Source: Octopus sinensis (lineage: Eukaryota). Taken from it: DNA of 64,000 bases. Within the stretch, counting starts at the first letter, position 1. Every line of letters begins with the position of its first letter. The translations under genes and the position numbers were made by a program. Below, in pieces: positions 12,615 through 25,996 of this stretch. Location: NCBI RefSeq assembly GCF_006345805.1, contig NC_043006.1, positions 22,878,001-22,942,000 of the forward strand. The letters run 5' to 3'. A model generated the notes under the pieces. It did not search any database. It worked only from the letters and a program-made list of their open reading frames with translations, and was not told the DNA's origin.

Positions 12615-12943
12615 GTGTATCTATATATATATGTATGCATGTATGTATGCATGTATGCATGTATGCATGTATGTATATGGAAAAGATTTTGTACTCCTTT
12701 CATATAAACGTCCCCATTTGTTGCTCAACTTGTTGTTTAATCATGAAAACTGTATATTTGTACATCTACAACTTTGGATTGGTTAAAATAACACGCGTGA
12801 CACCAGTGTTCTATTCTAACCAATCCAAAACTAAAATATTTTCTGATTAAGATCATTTACAACTTAACATGCGTTTTTTTATTTCTAAAAATCTAATTCT
12901 TCAAATTCAGAAGATCCTTGACTGTTGAATTAATGGAATTCTA

Positions 12944-15936
12944 AATGACAAAGGGGGTAGTTGACGGGGAGGGATTGAACCAAAAAATTTGGATTTTCTG
13001 AGTTCTTGCAACAATAAAATAGCCGAAATATTTTCCTGAAGCTTAAAATAAATTCCCAAAATATCAGCATAAGTTTTAGAATATAAGAATATTAATTATG
13101 TACGAAACAAACAGGAAAAAAATTAGAAACAAACCAATCAAATCATTTTATTGACAGTAAGCCATCTTAAGACCTAGATTTTCAGCTTTCTCGTGACCTA
13201 CATTCATGAGTACAGGTGAATGACCGAGAGCGAGAATAGCTGTTATTAAGGGGATTATATATTTCAGATCTTTGACCGCGTACCGAGGGAGTACAAACAT
13301 AGGCAATATTTATATTTACACATTTCTTGATTTCTGATCATCATATTTACACATTTGCTTGATTTCTGATTATCCCGTTTTATTCCCGGATGTGTACATA
13401 GTCGCAGTCTAGTTTCGATGTAATTTCCGAACATTTATTGCTCTCTCACCTACAGGGCCTGGGATCAGGATGTCATTGATATAAATACAGAGCTGATAAT
13501 TTCCGATATACGATCACATATACAGACACCTACAATTAACTTAAAGTGCAAACGGCTGCTCTGCAGCACAGGACAAAGTTGAAATTAGAGTGACAATTTA
13601 AGTTTATTCCACCTAGGGATCAAGTTTTTTTTTTTAGTTTTTTTTACGTTTAATTTTTTTTTTATATATAAATGATTTGGAATTAGATATTTCTACATCG
13701 AATCCAGTCAGGAGTCATGCAAATATTCAGGAACAAAATTTCCTGGTGACGATCGCAAATCAAACAAAAACAAACGTTGAGTAAATACACGTATGTTGGA
13801 CTCCCTTGCTATGAGGTCAATACCCTGAAAAACACAAAATCCCCTTAACAGAAAGCCATCGATCCAACTCAGTGCAGGCCGACTGGATAGATGTGGTATC
13901 TCTCATTGAGCTGTCGAAAACCTTGCCCAAGCTCTTGACTGGCTTCTCTGTGATTGATGGAAAGGCTGTTCCTGAGATGTTAAAGCGGAACTTGTGCTCC
14001 GCCTTCCCTTTCCTCAGCACCATAGATCTTGATTTGGTTGGTTTGTAACGCATCCGAGCCCACTCCATCACAATTTCTAGTCCCTGCAGAATCTACTGGC
14101 AGGTAACATGTTTCTTTTTTATAAATTATTTAGAAATAGATATTTCTACGTTGAATCCAGTCAGGAATTATGCAAATATTCATGAACAAAACTGCCCGGT
14201 GACGATCGCAAATCAAACAAAGACAAACGTTGTGTAAATACACGTATGTTGAACTCCCTTGCTATAAGGTCAATACCCTGAAATACACAAAATCCCCTTA
14301 GCAACAGAAATTCTCACAGCCACTCATGACTGAATTGTAAATGACAAAGGGGTAGTTGACGGAGGGGGATTGAACCAAAAAAACTTTGGATTTTGTGAGT
14401 TCTTGCAACAACAAAATAGTCGAAATATTTTCCCGAAGCTTAAAATAAATTCCCAAAATATCAGCATAAGTTTGAGAATATAAGAATATTAATTATGTAC
14501 GAAACAAACAGAAAAAAATCTCTTGAACAAAATACAAGATTTAAAACCAGTTCCAGAAATTCCAAATCATCATTTACTGTTCTCTTAAAAACACCTTTCT
14601 TCACGTCTTAATCATACTTTTAGATTTGATTATTGCATTAGAAACAAACCAATCAAATCATTTTATTGACATTAAGCCATCTTATGACCTATATTTTCAG
14701 CTTTCTCGTGACCTACATTCATGAGTACAGGTGAATGACCGAGAGCGAGAATAGCTGTTATTAAGGGGATTATATATTTCAGATCATTGACCGCGTACCG
14801 AGGGAGTACAAGCATAGGCAATAATTATATTTACACATTTCTTGATTTCTGATCATCATACTTACACATTTGCTTGATTTCTGATTATCCCATTTTATTC
14901 CCGGATGTGTACATAGTCGCAGTCTAGTTTCGATGTAATTTCCGAACATTTATTGCTCTCTCACCTACAGGGCCTGGGATCAGGATGTCATTGATATAAA
15001 TACAGAGCTGATAATTTCCGATATACGATCTAATATACAGACACCTACGATTAACTTAAAGTGCAAACGGCTTCTCTGCAGCACAGGACAAAGTTGAGAT
15101 TAGAGTGACAATTTAAGTTTATTCCACCCCAGGGATCAATTTTTTTTTTTAGTTTTTTTTACGTTTAATTTTTTTTTATATATAAATGATTTGGAATTAG
15201 ATATTTCTACATCGAATCCAGTCAGGAGGCATGCAAATATTCAGGAACAAAATTTCCTGGTGACGATCGCAAATCAAACAAAAACAAACGTTGAGTAAAT
15301 ACACGTATGTTGGACTCCCTTGCTATGAGGTCAATACTCTGAAAAACACAAAATCCCCTTAACAGAAATTCTCACAGTCGGTCATTCACCTGTACTTATA
15401 AAATATAGGTCACGAGAAAGCTGAAATAGCCAAGATGGATTTATGCCAAGAAAACAAGTTGTTTCTAATTCAATAATTACATCTAAAAATATGATTAAAA
15501 TAGGAATAAATATATGTTTGAGAAAATCCTTCTTGAAGTTTTAGTTACCTGGAAAGTGTTGGGGAAGCAGTTCGAATTCTGCTATTTCAAAATCTCCCCA
15601 GGGAAATTCCATAAAATTATGTCTATTCTTTGTCATAAGAAAGAATATAAAATGTATACAAACATTCGATTGCTTGGCATCTTTAATCTTGTTTTCTATC
15701 CTCATCCCAGTTGTCATGTTTTTCTTCTTTTATTTTTTTGTTTTTTGTACTTTATATTTTCCAGTCTCACGTCGTGTTTTTGTTGTTATCTGTATTTGTT
15801 ATCTGTTTTTGTTTTTATCTGTAGAATTCGTATGAAACGTGCGGTAAACAATTAACAAGTTAACTAGAAATAAAAGTGCTGTGACGAAATGACAATTCCT
15901 TTATCTGTTTCGGTTACTGGACAGCACCCAAACTGG
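12944..15936 (+). repeat. Internally tandem-duplicated ~3-kb block, an inverted paralog of 54437-56535
   Basis: Subunits repeat at ~12944/14340 and ~13123/14638. The end ACAGCACCCAAACTGG is the reverse complement of 54437ff. Confidence 0.85.
13856..14101 (-). mobile_element. Hero-like (RLE non-LTR) RT fragment
   Basis: [52 protein letters not shown] matches Hero-family RT C-terminal motifs as recalled. Confidence 0.7.
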
Positions 15937-15993
15937 TCATGTATATATATATATCATGTATATATATATATATATATATATATAGATATATAT

Positions 15994-16037
<44 letters not shown>

Positions 16038-16097
16038 ATATATCTATATATATATATATATATAATATATATATATATGTATATATATTATATATAT

Positions 16098-16178
<81 letters not shown>

Positions 16179-16195
16179 TATATATATATATATCA

Positions 16196-16246
<51 letters not shown>

Positions 16247-16274
16247 CATGTATATATATATATATATATCTATC

Positions 16275-16308
<34 letters not shown>

Positions 16309-16827
16309 ATATATATATATATCAAGTATATATATATTATATATATATATCTATCATGTATATATATATCATGTATATACAGTAAAGGACACTTGCCCAA
16401 GATGCCGCCTGTGAGACTGAACCTGAAACCATAGAGTTGCAAAGCAAATTTCTTTATCACACGGTTATGCCTGTACCTATACTTGATATCCTTGACAATA
16501 TTTATCAATGAGAAAAATTATTTCAGTTATTATTCTACTTGTTAAGATGTGCGTTCGAGTGTTACACCTTCACCGCTTTTAACAGTCGTACAAAATCGAA
16601 GATGCAGTCGAAATATCAAGAATAATGAAACAAAGCCCGAGTGTTACGCTTTAAACAACCTTAATATGGAACACGAAACCTTAGACAAAATTGACGAAAT
16701 CTTTAACATAAATGAAACGATAAAGATCCATAAATTGATGTACGAAAATATGTATGAACCACGGAAGTTCCAGGGTACTCGGAAGTATTATTTATTCCGA
16801 GAAATACGGACAAGGAAACGCAATATT

Positions 16828-16995
16828 AATATTGGTTTCAAATCTTGGCACAAGGCCAGCATTCTCGATGGAAGGTGGGGGTTCGACGATTATATCGACC
16901 CCAGTGCTCAACTGGTACTTATCTTGTCAACGACAGACGAAATACCCCTAAGCATTTCGCCCGGCGCTCTAACGTGTCTGCCAGCTCGCCGCCTT
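16828..16995 (-). mobile_element. SINE family A (A2 tail), internally deleted
   Basis: Head and A2 tail are present; the B-box region is missing. Confidence 0.75.
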
Positions 16996-18862
16996 TCCTC
17001 TGATAACAATACATATCACACAGAACGGTGGGCCTGCTTGATATATGCCCAAAGATCAATCCCCTTTCCGTGACATGTATGCCAAAGTCATAGAACCATA
17101 TAAAGTGTCGTTTTTCTCAAATTTTGATGTTAAGCTTTCAATAGTGCAGTTTAATAATTTACCATACTCACAACCCTCTTTAAAAATGTCAAATACCATT
17201 TCTTTGTTTTTGTCTTTTTTCTGAAAAAGGAAAAAAAAAGTATTTTAAAACATTACTATCAAGTGGGCTTTGCTTTTCAAGTTCATATCCTGCCCATTCA
17301 ATGAAATGTCGCACACTATTTTTTCAGTCTTCACATTCCTATGAAATTTCCACCCGCTGATCTTAAGTACTCATTGAGTTACGTACTTTTGAAAGATCTG
17401 TAAATATATCTGCCAAAAGTACAGTCTGAAAATACTTGGATAAAGAAGTTGTTAGATTAGAAGCCTGAATACATATAAACGTTGTCATCATTTATCTCAT
17501 ATTTCAGAACTTCTTTATGAAACACTAGCAAACGCACCCGTCCTGTCGACGGTTTAAGTTGCTTTGATAGTATTTTTTTCACCAAATAACTGAACTACCG
17601 AGAAGGTTTATGAGAAGGTTTATGAAATTGAAGGCTGGTTATTGTGGTGGTCGTCGCACTTTAATGATCATAGAACATATAAGTTTGCAAGCGATGCAAA
17701 TAGAGCTACTGAAGTGTTTTGGGAGCAGATGACGGAATATGACTACAAAATATAGTTGTTTTATACGAAAGCGAAATTTCTTGTCAGAAACAGCCACATA
17801 AATGGTGTGAGGAAATTGAAGGAAGACGTTGAAGCTTCCCCTCGGCGAGTTTATTTTATTCAATAGGAAAAAGAGCTCTTTTTTTCGGAGAGATAAGCTA
17901 ACAAAAGCCCCTTTATTCTGTCTTCCCTCATAGCCAGCGAATGCCGCATAAAGTTAACTTGGTATGGAGCTTTCTGAAAGATACGTATAACTTTTGCTAG
18001 TGGAAGCAAAACTCTTATTTAAAGGTTGATTCTTTGGGACGAATCATATGAGGTTGTTTAAAAATGACTAGAACGGCAATGCTTAAATGTATTTGAAACA
18101 ATAGACAACAGTCGAAATATCCTAATGGATGGGTAAATAAGCATACTTAAAGTGAAACAATGGTATCAAAGGTAAACAAAGGTATCAAGAAATACAACAG
18201 ATGGAAGGGAACATCACCTTTCAAGTAACTGAGAATAGTTAAAGGTAAACTTGGCAAAGTTTAATGCAGTTTAAATATGTAGATTAAGACAGTTTGTACT
18301 GGACATTCATCGCGTATAGTGTTCCTAGTCAATTGAATCACCGTTGGAAATAAATAGACAAAACCCTTTCAATTTTATAAAAAGATTAAAAGAGTATTGA
18401 AGACCCTACATACAAAAAAAAACTATATCTATTTGCTCCATTTACGCGGGAGCTCTGGCAAAATATTATAGTGCATGACCATCATTGGAACATAAGTGAT
18501 GTGTGCGTAAAGTTTGGAGAAAATCCGTTGAGAATTGTGGAAGTGCATGGGTTAGTCATTGCACACACAAACTACGATTTATATATACTATATATCTACA
18601 TGAATGCTCTTATTATTGTCTCATATTTCAGATTTTATGCTTATACATCTGACAAGAAATTTTCTGCTTCTGTAAAATTGCATCTCTATATACAAGGAGT
18701 TTTGTGTATTTTTCAATGCTTTATCTACCTAACGTTCTTTACCGATGATTTGTAAACGACACTGATCGTTTTATAAATATGTGAGTGTGTGTGTACAGTC
18801 CGATGAAGGCTAACAGGTGGTAACTTCGAAGTTACTGCTACCTCTATTCTTGTAAAGTTATA

Positions 18863-18895
<33 letters not shown>

Positions 18896-19100
18896 TATAT
18901 ATATATGCATGTATGTATGTATGTGTATGTATGTATGTATGTATGTATGTATGTATGTATGTATGTATGTATATATATATATATATGTATGTATGTATGT
19001 ATGTGTGTATGTATATATATATATGTATGCATGTATGTATGCATGTATGTATGCATGTATGCATGTATGGATGCATGTATGTATGCATGTATGCATGTAT
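16929..19100 (+). repeat. Segmental duplication copy 2; contains the Helitron-like element 17525-~18595 (-) ending CTAG|T
   Basis: Colinear with 10580-12675; runs into the N gap. Confidence 0.9.
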
Positions 19101-19200
19101 NNNNNNNNNNNNNNNNNNNNNNNNNNNNNNNNNNNNNNNNNNNNNNNNNNNNNNNNNNNNNNNNNNNNNNNNNNNNNNNNNNNNNNNNNNNNNNNNNNNN
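19101..19200. other. Assembly gap (100 N)
   Basis: Run of N. Confidence 1.
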
Positions 19201-19535
19201 GGTTAGGGTTTGTTAGGTTTAGTTAGTGTTTAGGGGTGGGGGGAAGGGTATCTTTTTTTCTTCACGAATGTAAATAAACCCAATCTGTTTCTTAAACGAG
19301 GGACATATTCATACGGCACAGAATGTTTTTACCGCAATAGACGTCAGTGATTGGTTGAAATTGCAGAAATTGAAGAAAAAAACCCCCAACAAATATCTTA
19401 CAAACTATAGAATTTTCTCAATAAAGCCAAGAGAAAAAGATGTTTTATAAATACATTCTACCAGTATACGAAGTTTAAAATTTTTTAGTTACCTAGAAAT
19501 TATGTTAAAAACTGCCGATCAAACCGAAAAGATCC
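19201..19535 (-). mobile_element. MITE family F, cut by the gap
   Basis: TIR AAAAACTGCCGATCAAACCGAAAAGATCC ends at 19535; the GGTTAGGG motif lies at the gap edge. Confidence 0.85.
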
Positions 19536-20129
19536 GATTAAAGATTTACAATCAGTTAACTGGAAGCCGTGATAATGGCATTTGTAATAAACCCGAGTAC
19601 AAAAGGTTAATGTCAGTGAAGGAAAAAAAATGCAATGCTTTGACTATAGAAGCATACAAAATGATATTTGCAGAGATTCGTTCTTCTGTGACTCTGCTAA
19701 GGAGTTTAGTTTATCCTAGAACAGTTATTTAACAGTAATTTAAGAAAAGACATTACTTTAATTGTGATTACACCATTTGAATATTGATTAATATAGAATT
19801 TAGGAATGTACCATTTATAGAAAAGTGTTGGAAACTTGAAGAAAATTTCTAAAATAGATTCTGTTAGGCTATCGTTTGTTAACGGATATCCTATTTTATA
19901 AAAGAACAATAAAACTTTGAATTTATCACAAATTCTAAGAAAAGAAAAAGGAGAAAATCAGTATAAATGTCATTAAATACAACAATGGGAGACTATGCAA
20001 CACGTGAGAAACTGCGATGTTGATTAAAAAAAAAAGATTCGTGTATTTAGTTGCCTGACTAGTGATTATGCGTGCCTCTGTTAGATTTATAGAGTTCTAA
20101 GAAAATTGATGGTTATTTTTATGAGTATA

Positions 20130-20730
20130 TATTTCTTTACTGCCCACAAGGGGTTAAATATAGAGGAGACAAAAAAGGACAAACAAAGGGATTAAGTCGA
20201 TTACATCGACCCCAGTGCGAAACTGGTACTTTATTTATCGACCCCGAAAGGATGAAAGGCAAAGTCGACCTCGGCGGAATTTGAACTCAGAACGTAACGG
20301 CAGACGAAATACCTATTTCTTTACTACTCACAAGGGGCTAAACGCAGAACGGACAAACAAGGACAGACAAACGAATTAAGTCGATTACATCGACCCCAGT
20401 GCGTAACTGGTACTTAATTTATCGACACCGAAAGGATGAAAGGCAAAGTCGACCTCGGCGGAATTTGAACTCAGAACGTAACGGCAAACGAAATATCTAT
20501 TTCTTTACTACCCACAAGGAACTAAACACAGAGGGGACAAACAAGGACAGACAAACGAATTAAGTCGATTACATCGACCCCAGTGCGAAACTGGTACTTT
20601 ATTTATCGACCCCGAAAGGATGAAAGGCAAAGTCGACCTCGGCGGAATTTGAACTCAGAACGTAACGGCAGACGAAGTTCCGCTAAGCATTTCGACCGGC
20701 GTGCTAACGATTCTGCCAGCTCACCGCCTT
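20130..20730 (-). mobile_element. SINE family A trimer
   Basis: One head plus three body/A1-tail units. Confidence 0.9.
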
Positions 20731-20809
20731 TTATTTCTATGAGTATATGCACTTTTACGTTGTCTGCTAAAGCTTGAGAACTGGACTCCAGGGATCGAAG
20801 ATATTTTAC

Positions 20810-21158
20810 GTGTTTCAGTCATTTGACTGCGGCCATACTGGAGTACCGCTTTGAAGAATTTTTAGTGGAATGAATCGACCTCCAGTGCTTTTTTTTTCAA
20901 ACTTGGTATTTATTCTATCGCTTACTTTTGCCGAGTCGCTAAGTTACGGGGACGTAAAAACACCAACACCACTTGTAAAGTGGTAGAAGAGGGACAAACA
21001 CAGACACACAGACACACACTCGCGCGCACGCGTAACAAGCTTCTTTCAATTTCCGACAACCAAATCCACTCACAAGGCTTTGATCGGCCCGGGGCTATAA
21101 TAGAAGACACTTGCCCAAAGTGTCAAGTGGTGGGACTGAACCCGGAACCACGTGGTTG
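20810..21158 (-). mobile_element. SINE family C, near full length
   Basis: GAAGACACTTGCCCAA (CORE reverse complement), head ending GCCTGCGCCT, and 3' part TTTCAGTCATTTGACTGCGGCC. Confidence 0.85.
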
Positions 21159-21224
21159 GAAAGCAAGCTTCTTACAACGCATCCACGCCTGCGCCTATAC
21201 TCGACATTTTTTTGACTAGATACT

Positions 21225-21528
21225 CTTTTACTCTTTTACTTGTTTCAGTCATTTTGACTGCGGCCATGCTGGAGCGCCGCCTTTAGTCGAGCACATCGAC
21301 CCCAGGACTTATTCTTTGTAAGCCTAGTACTTATTCTATCGGTCTCTTTTGCTGAACCGCTAAGTTACGGGGACGTAAACACACAAGCATCAGTTGTCAA
21401 GCGATGTTCGGGGGACAACCACAGACACACAAACATATACACGCACATACATACGTACATACACAACACACACACACACACACCACACACACACACACGC
21501 ACACACACATATATAATATATACACACA

Positions 21529-21571
<43 letters not shown>

Positions 21572-22055
21572 GGAGGTGCAATGGCCCAGAGGTTAGAACA
21601 GCGGACTCGCAGTCGTAGGATCGCAGTTTCGATTCCCATACCGGGCGTTGTGAGTGTTTATTGAGCAAAAACATCTAAAGCTCTACGAGGCTCCAGCAGG
21701 GGGTGGCGATCCTTGCTGTACTCTTTCGCCACAACTTTCTCTCTTTCTTCTGTTGGCCTGCCCGCTTAGCCAGCGGGATGGCATCATTTGAAGGCTAAAA
21801 CAATGCGAAGCGCATTGTGACCAGCGATGTGTAGCAACATCTGATAGTCTGGTCGATCACGTGATCACGTGATATATATACATATACATACATATGACGG
21901 GCTTCTTTCAGTTTCCGTCTACCAAATCCATTCACAAGGCTTTTGTTGGCCCGTGGCTATAATAGAAGACGCTTGCCCAAGGTGCCACGTAGGACTGAAC
22001 CCGGAACCATGTGGTTGGTAAGCAAGCTACTTACCACACAGCCACTCCTGCGCCT
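21225..22055 (-). mobile_element. SINE family C with a B-headed SINE (alternative tail) nested at 21570-21873 (+)
   Basis: C 3' part 21225-21450, (CA)n, B head with a distinct tail ending GATCACGTGATCACGTGAT, then C head 21890-22055. Confidence 0.8.
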
Positions 22056-22174
22056 TCACGAAATTCACATGAAAAACTTCAGGGACCCCAAAACAACACA
22101 GTAAGGCATAAAACTCTGTGGATTGCTAAAACGCTTAGTGTTAATCACGTTGTACATCGCTAATCTTTTTTTAC

Positions 22175-22407
22175 TGGCACTCCATCGCTTATGACGACGA
22201 GGGTTCCAGTTGATCCGATAGAACAGTCTGCTCATGAAATTAAACGCAAGTGGCTGAGCACTCCACATTCACGAGTATCCTTAACGTAATTCTCAAGGAG
22301 CTTCAGCGTGACACAGTGTGTGACAATGCTGGCGCTTTGAAATACAGGTACTACTCAATTTTGCCAGCTGAGTGAAACTGGAGTAATGTGAAATAAAGCG
22401 TCTTGCT
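22175..22407 (-). mobile_element. SINE family H (CORE-like body plus the same 3' tail as family B), head lost
   Basis: Reverse complement of the B-type tail followed by ..CTGGAGTAATGTGAAATAAAGCGTCTTGCT; compare 44233-44555. Confidence 0.7.
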
Positions 22408-22417
22408 TTATTACTAA

Positions 22418-22807
22418 CTAGCAATATCGCCCGGCTTTGCTCGGGCTTGTTTTGACCCTTTAGAATTGGAATTTTTGAAAAGTAAAAATTTTGCATTATG
22501 TAGCTTGTTATTCTCTTTAAGTGAACATTTTTCTGGTTGGAATACACCGAAAAATGGCGACACAGCAGTCAAAAAATCGTAAAAAATAGGGATTTTCATA
22601 GAAAAAAAGCACCTTTTTTATGTAAATAATTTTTGCTGTTAACATGGTCCGATTTGAGTTTTTTTCTTCTACGGAATGAAGAGCAAGCCTTCTTCTATCA
22701 TACTCTCAATTTTGGTCAACTTGCGCCGCCGGGTCTCGGAGGAGATAATGTTAGTTGAAGGCTACCAAACCTGCCATATACAGACAACTTCAGCTTTATA
22801 TAGAGAG
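22418..22807 (-). mobile_element. Non-autonomous Helitron-like element
   Basis: Minus strand starts TCTCTCTATATAAAGCTGAAG and ends with a GCCCG..CGGGC hairpin, then ATATTG-CTAG|T. Confidence 0.7.
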
Positions 22808-23442
22808 AAATTTAGTGATAATTGCCTCACTTATTAAGCAGACAATAAATCATATGAAATTAAAATTGAGTTCGGTGACATTCAAAATGGATTGCTTTAT
22901 CATTAAAAAAACCCAAAAAAACTTAACATTTAATGTCAAATTATGTCTTACGATGATGAAGTAGGCAACTAAACAGATGTTTACAGACGGTTTATTTTCG
23001 TATTTTCAAGGAAATGTAAACTGAAGTGGTTACTTGCCACTGTCTGGTATCCGCAGGTGAACTTGAATTAAATATAAAAATTAGGAATTTAAACGTTAAT
23101 TATTCAGAAGTTTTTAAAATTCAGTAGCTAGTTGTATGTATTGTACAGGACTTATACTCAGCTACTAAATACCCACTCGGTGGACCTATATGCAGATAAA
23201 CCAGCGGTTTTCAGCCATTTAAAAAAATCTATGGGCCCCTTTTATTATTATATTTTTTTTGTGGTGGACCTCCATAGACATTCGATGATTAAAAACTAGT
23301 GTTATAGAAATTTCTTTGAAAATTGGTACCACTAAGAACAACGACAACAACGTCAACAACAACTATATAAAAGGTACAGTGTAGTGGTGAGCCCCTCCCC
23401 ACACACACACAAACACACATGCAAAACGCATAGACACGCACG

Positions 23443-23496
<54 letters not shown>

Positions 23497-24363
23497 AGTG
23501 CAGCCGCATTCACAGATAAGGATACACATCATAGAAGGACAGAATGGACTAGGTAGAGCAGGAGGATATACGTGGATGGAAAGGGTTGCCGAAGAGGTCA
23601 CAGATGTGTGACGAAAGATTTCCATACAATGGACATAAGATAAAATAAGAACAATAATAAACGAGTGAAGAACGAATATATAGTGCATGTGTTTATTTAT
23701 ATATATATAAAAAAAAATTACCATTACTAAATATAACAATATCTTTCAAAATTCCTATATTATTTTTCACACTTTTGTAGGTTGAACAATGTAAAATGTT
23801 GGAGGAAGAAGCCTAGTTGTTTCTTGCGATATATACCAAAGCAAAATTTTTTCAGGGGTCCTCAAAATACTATTGTGGATCCTCAATTTGATATTTTGTT
23901 GCGTGGTCTCCACAAAATCTTAAATGGACCTTCAGGAGCCATATGTATCCCGGTTGAAGGCTTCTGTTCGGTAGAATGATAACGTGAACATATAGGATCA
24001 GACGTAATGCTTCCAATGATCGCAGAGAAATGTCTATTATTGAGAAAGAGAGAGAGAGAGAGAGAGAAGGGGGGGAGATGGACATACAAATAGTCAGACG
24101 GGACAGGGCACAGGGGTGGCAGAAATGGTAGTGTGCTAGATCAAATGACCAACGTTTAATTTAGTTACACGATATCTTATCTTTTTAGTTCCTGATGGGA
24201 TCAACTTTCATCCTATCGAGGTCAATAAATATGCCACATTAACTGTATCTCTCTCTTTACAATAGATAAACCTCATGCTATTATAAAAGAGATATGCTAT
24301 TCAGCATCCATTTTGATATAATATTGTAATTATATAATGTATTAGTTTGTATGTGTGTGTATT

Positions 24364-24745
24364 GTGGAGGCGCAATGGCCCAGTGGTTAGGGCAGCGGGC
24401 TCGCGGTCATACGATCGCGGTTTCGATTCCCAGACCGGGCATTGTGAGTGTTTATTGAGCGAAAACACCTAAAGCTTCACGAGGCTCCTGCAGGGGGGTG
24501 GTGGTGAACCCTGCTGTATTCTTTCACCACAACTTTCTCTCACTCTTTCTTGCTGTTTCTGTTGTACCTGTATTTCAAAGGGCCAGCCTTGTCACACTCT
24601 GTGTCACGCTGAATCTCCTCGAGAACTACGTTAAGGGTACACGTGTCTGTGGAGTGCTCAGCCACTTGCACGTTAATTCCACGAGCAAGCTGTTCCGTTG
24701 ATCGTATCAGCTGGGACCCTCATCGTCGTAACCGACGGAGTGCTC
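24364..24745 (+). mobile_element. SINE family B, full length
   Basis: A/B boxes, body, and tail to GACGGAGTGCTCC. Confidence 0.9.
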
Positions 24746-24949
24746 CTATATGTGTGTATTGTATATAAGTATGCATGTATGCATGTATGTATGTATATGT
24801 ATTTTCTATTTTGTAATTATTATAAATCTTCCACCGAGGAGGGAGCCGGTTTCCAACAAAGATAAAAGGCTCCATCTTTGGGATGTAGTTAACACAGACA
24901 AATTAACATTTGGAACTTGAGAAAAGTCTTGCATATTTTTACTGTTCCA

Positions 24950-25497
24950 CTCACAGGTTGCACTTATTATGTACGAATTAGCAGGTCGATTTCTCTTTCT
25001 GAAAATCCCAGTTCATCCAGATTCTCTTTTAAGCAGTGCTCCAATTATTATTGGTGTGAATGTGAATTCATAGTCTAGATACAGAAGCTGGCGGTTTTGA
25101 AGCAGTTGTCCATAGATATCCTCCTTTTCGTTGATTTTCAAGGAGATATTTGTATCTACAGAGCAGCTGACCTCTATGATGGTACATACTTTTGCTACTC
25201 TGTCCCAAACGACAACATCCGGCCTGTTATATTTACATTTGACAGAAATATTGATGGGAATATTCCACCAGTATTCTTTGAGTTGTTATTTATGAATCTA
25301 TTCCATAACAGAGGGAATTTCTAAGTTTATTTCATGACAGTCCTTTTTGCGGATGGCATTGTAAATTTTTTTATCAACAACATCGTGCCGCATAGGGTGG
25401 TAGTACCGTGACGACATTTTAGGGCAGCTGCTAATCACATGCGTGATGTCTTCCACAGAAACGTGACATAGCCTACAGATGCGGTTGCACCTTGGGA
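24950..25497 (-). mobile_element. R4/NeSL-type LINE 3' fragment (CCHC knuckle plus degenerate RLE)
   Basis: CRLCHVSVEDITHVISSC..RHDVV followed by a frameshifted RPD-type endonuclease region. Confidence 0.75.
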
Positions 25498-25996
25498 TTG
25501 TATGTATGTGTGTATGTATGTATGTATGTATGTATGCATGTATGTATGTATGTATGTATGTATGTATGTATGTATGTATGTATGTATGTATGTATGTATG
25601 TATGTATGTATGTATGTATGTATGCATTCTCTTTGTCTTTTTAATTTAGAGTAAATTTTGATCGGCCACCCGACTTGTGAAAGAAAGTATCATGATTTAA
25701 CCGCTATCCTTTAAATCTTAAGGTTTTGTAGCGGACTGGAGTCCCAAATATCGTGATCATTTGTAGCGTATGAATTAAGGATTTGAGTTCTCCCCCTAAG
25801 ATTCCAAGTTCAGCCATATTTTGTTCCAGACGGGTTGATATGTATGTATGTATTATGCCTGCCTGCTTGCCTGTCTGCATGCCTGCCTGCCTGCTACCTA
25901 CTTAACTACCTACCTGTCTGTCTGTCTACTAATATATATGTAAGAAATTAAAAAAAGAAAATACGCACACTTACATAGTTTTGATATAATTTTAAT

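Larger units (their letters stand above)
10580..12675 (+). repeat. ~2.1-kb segmental duplication, copy 1 (copy 2 at 16929-19100)
   Basis: Colinear from the SINE-A head (shared variant TAACGTGTCTGCC) through unique DNA to the (TATG)n tract; copy 2 has a ~60-bp extra segment near 18450-18510. Confidence 0.9.

Noticed and set aside
16549-17073. 174-aa ORF
   Set aside because: It reads through a SINE on the opposite strand; no recognisable domain.
23203-23968. hAT-like MITE ends (CAGCGGTTTTC, CAGGGGTCCTCAA, GGTTGAAGGCTTCTG)
   Set aside because: Too degenerate to pair the termini or find a TSD.
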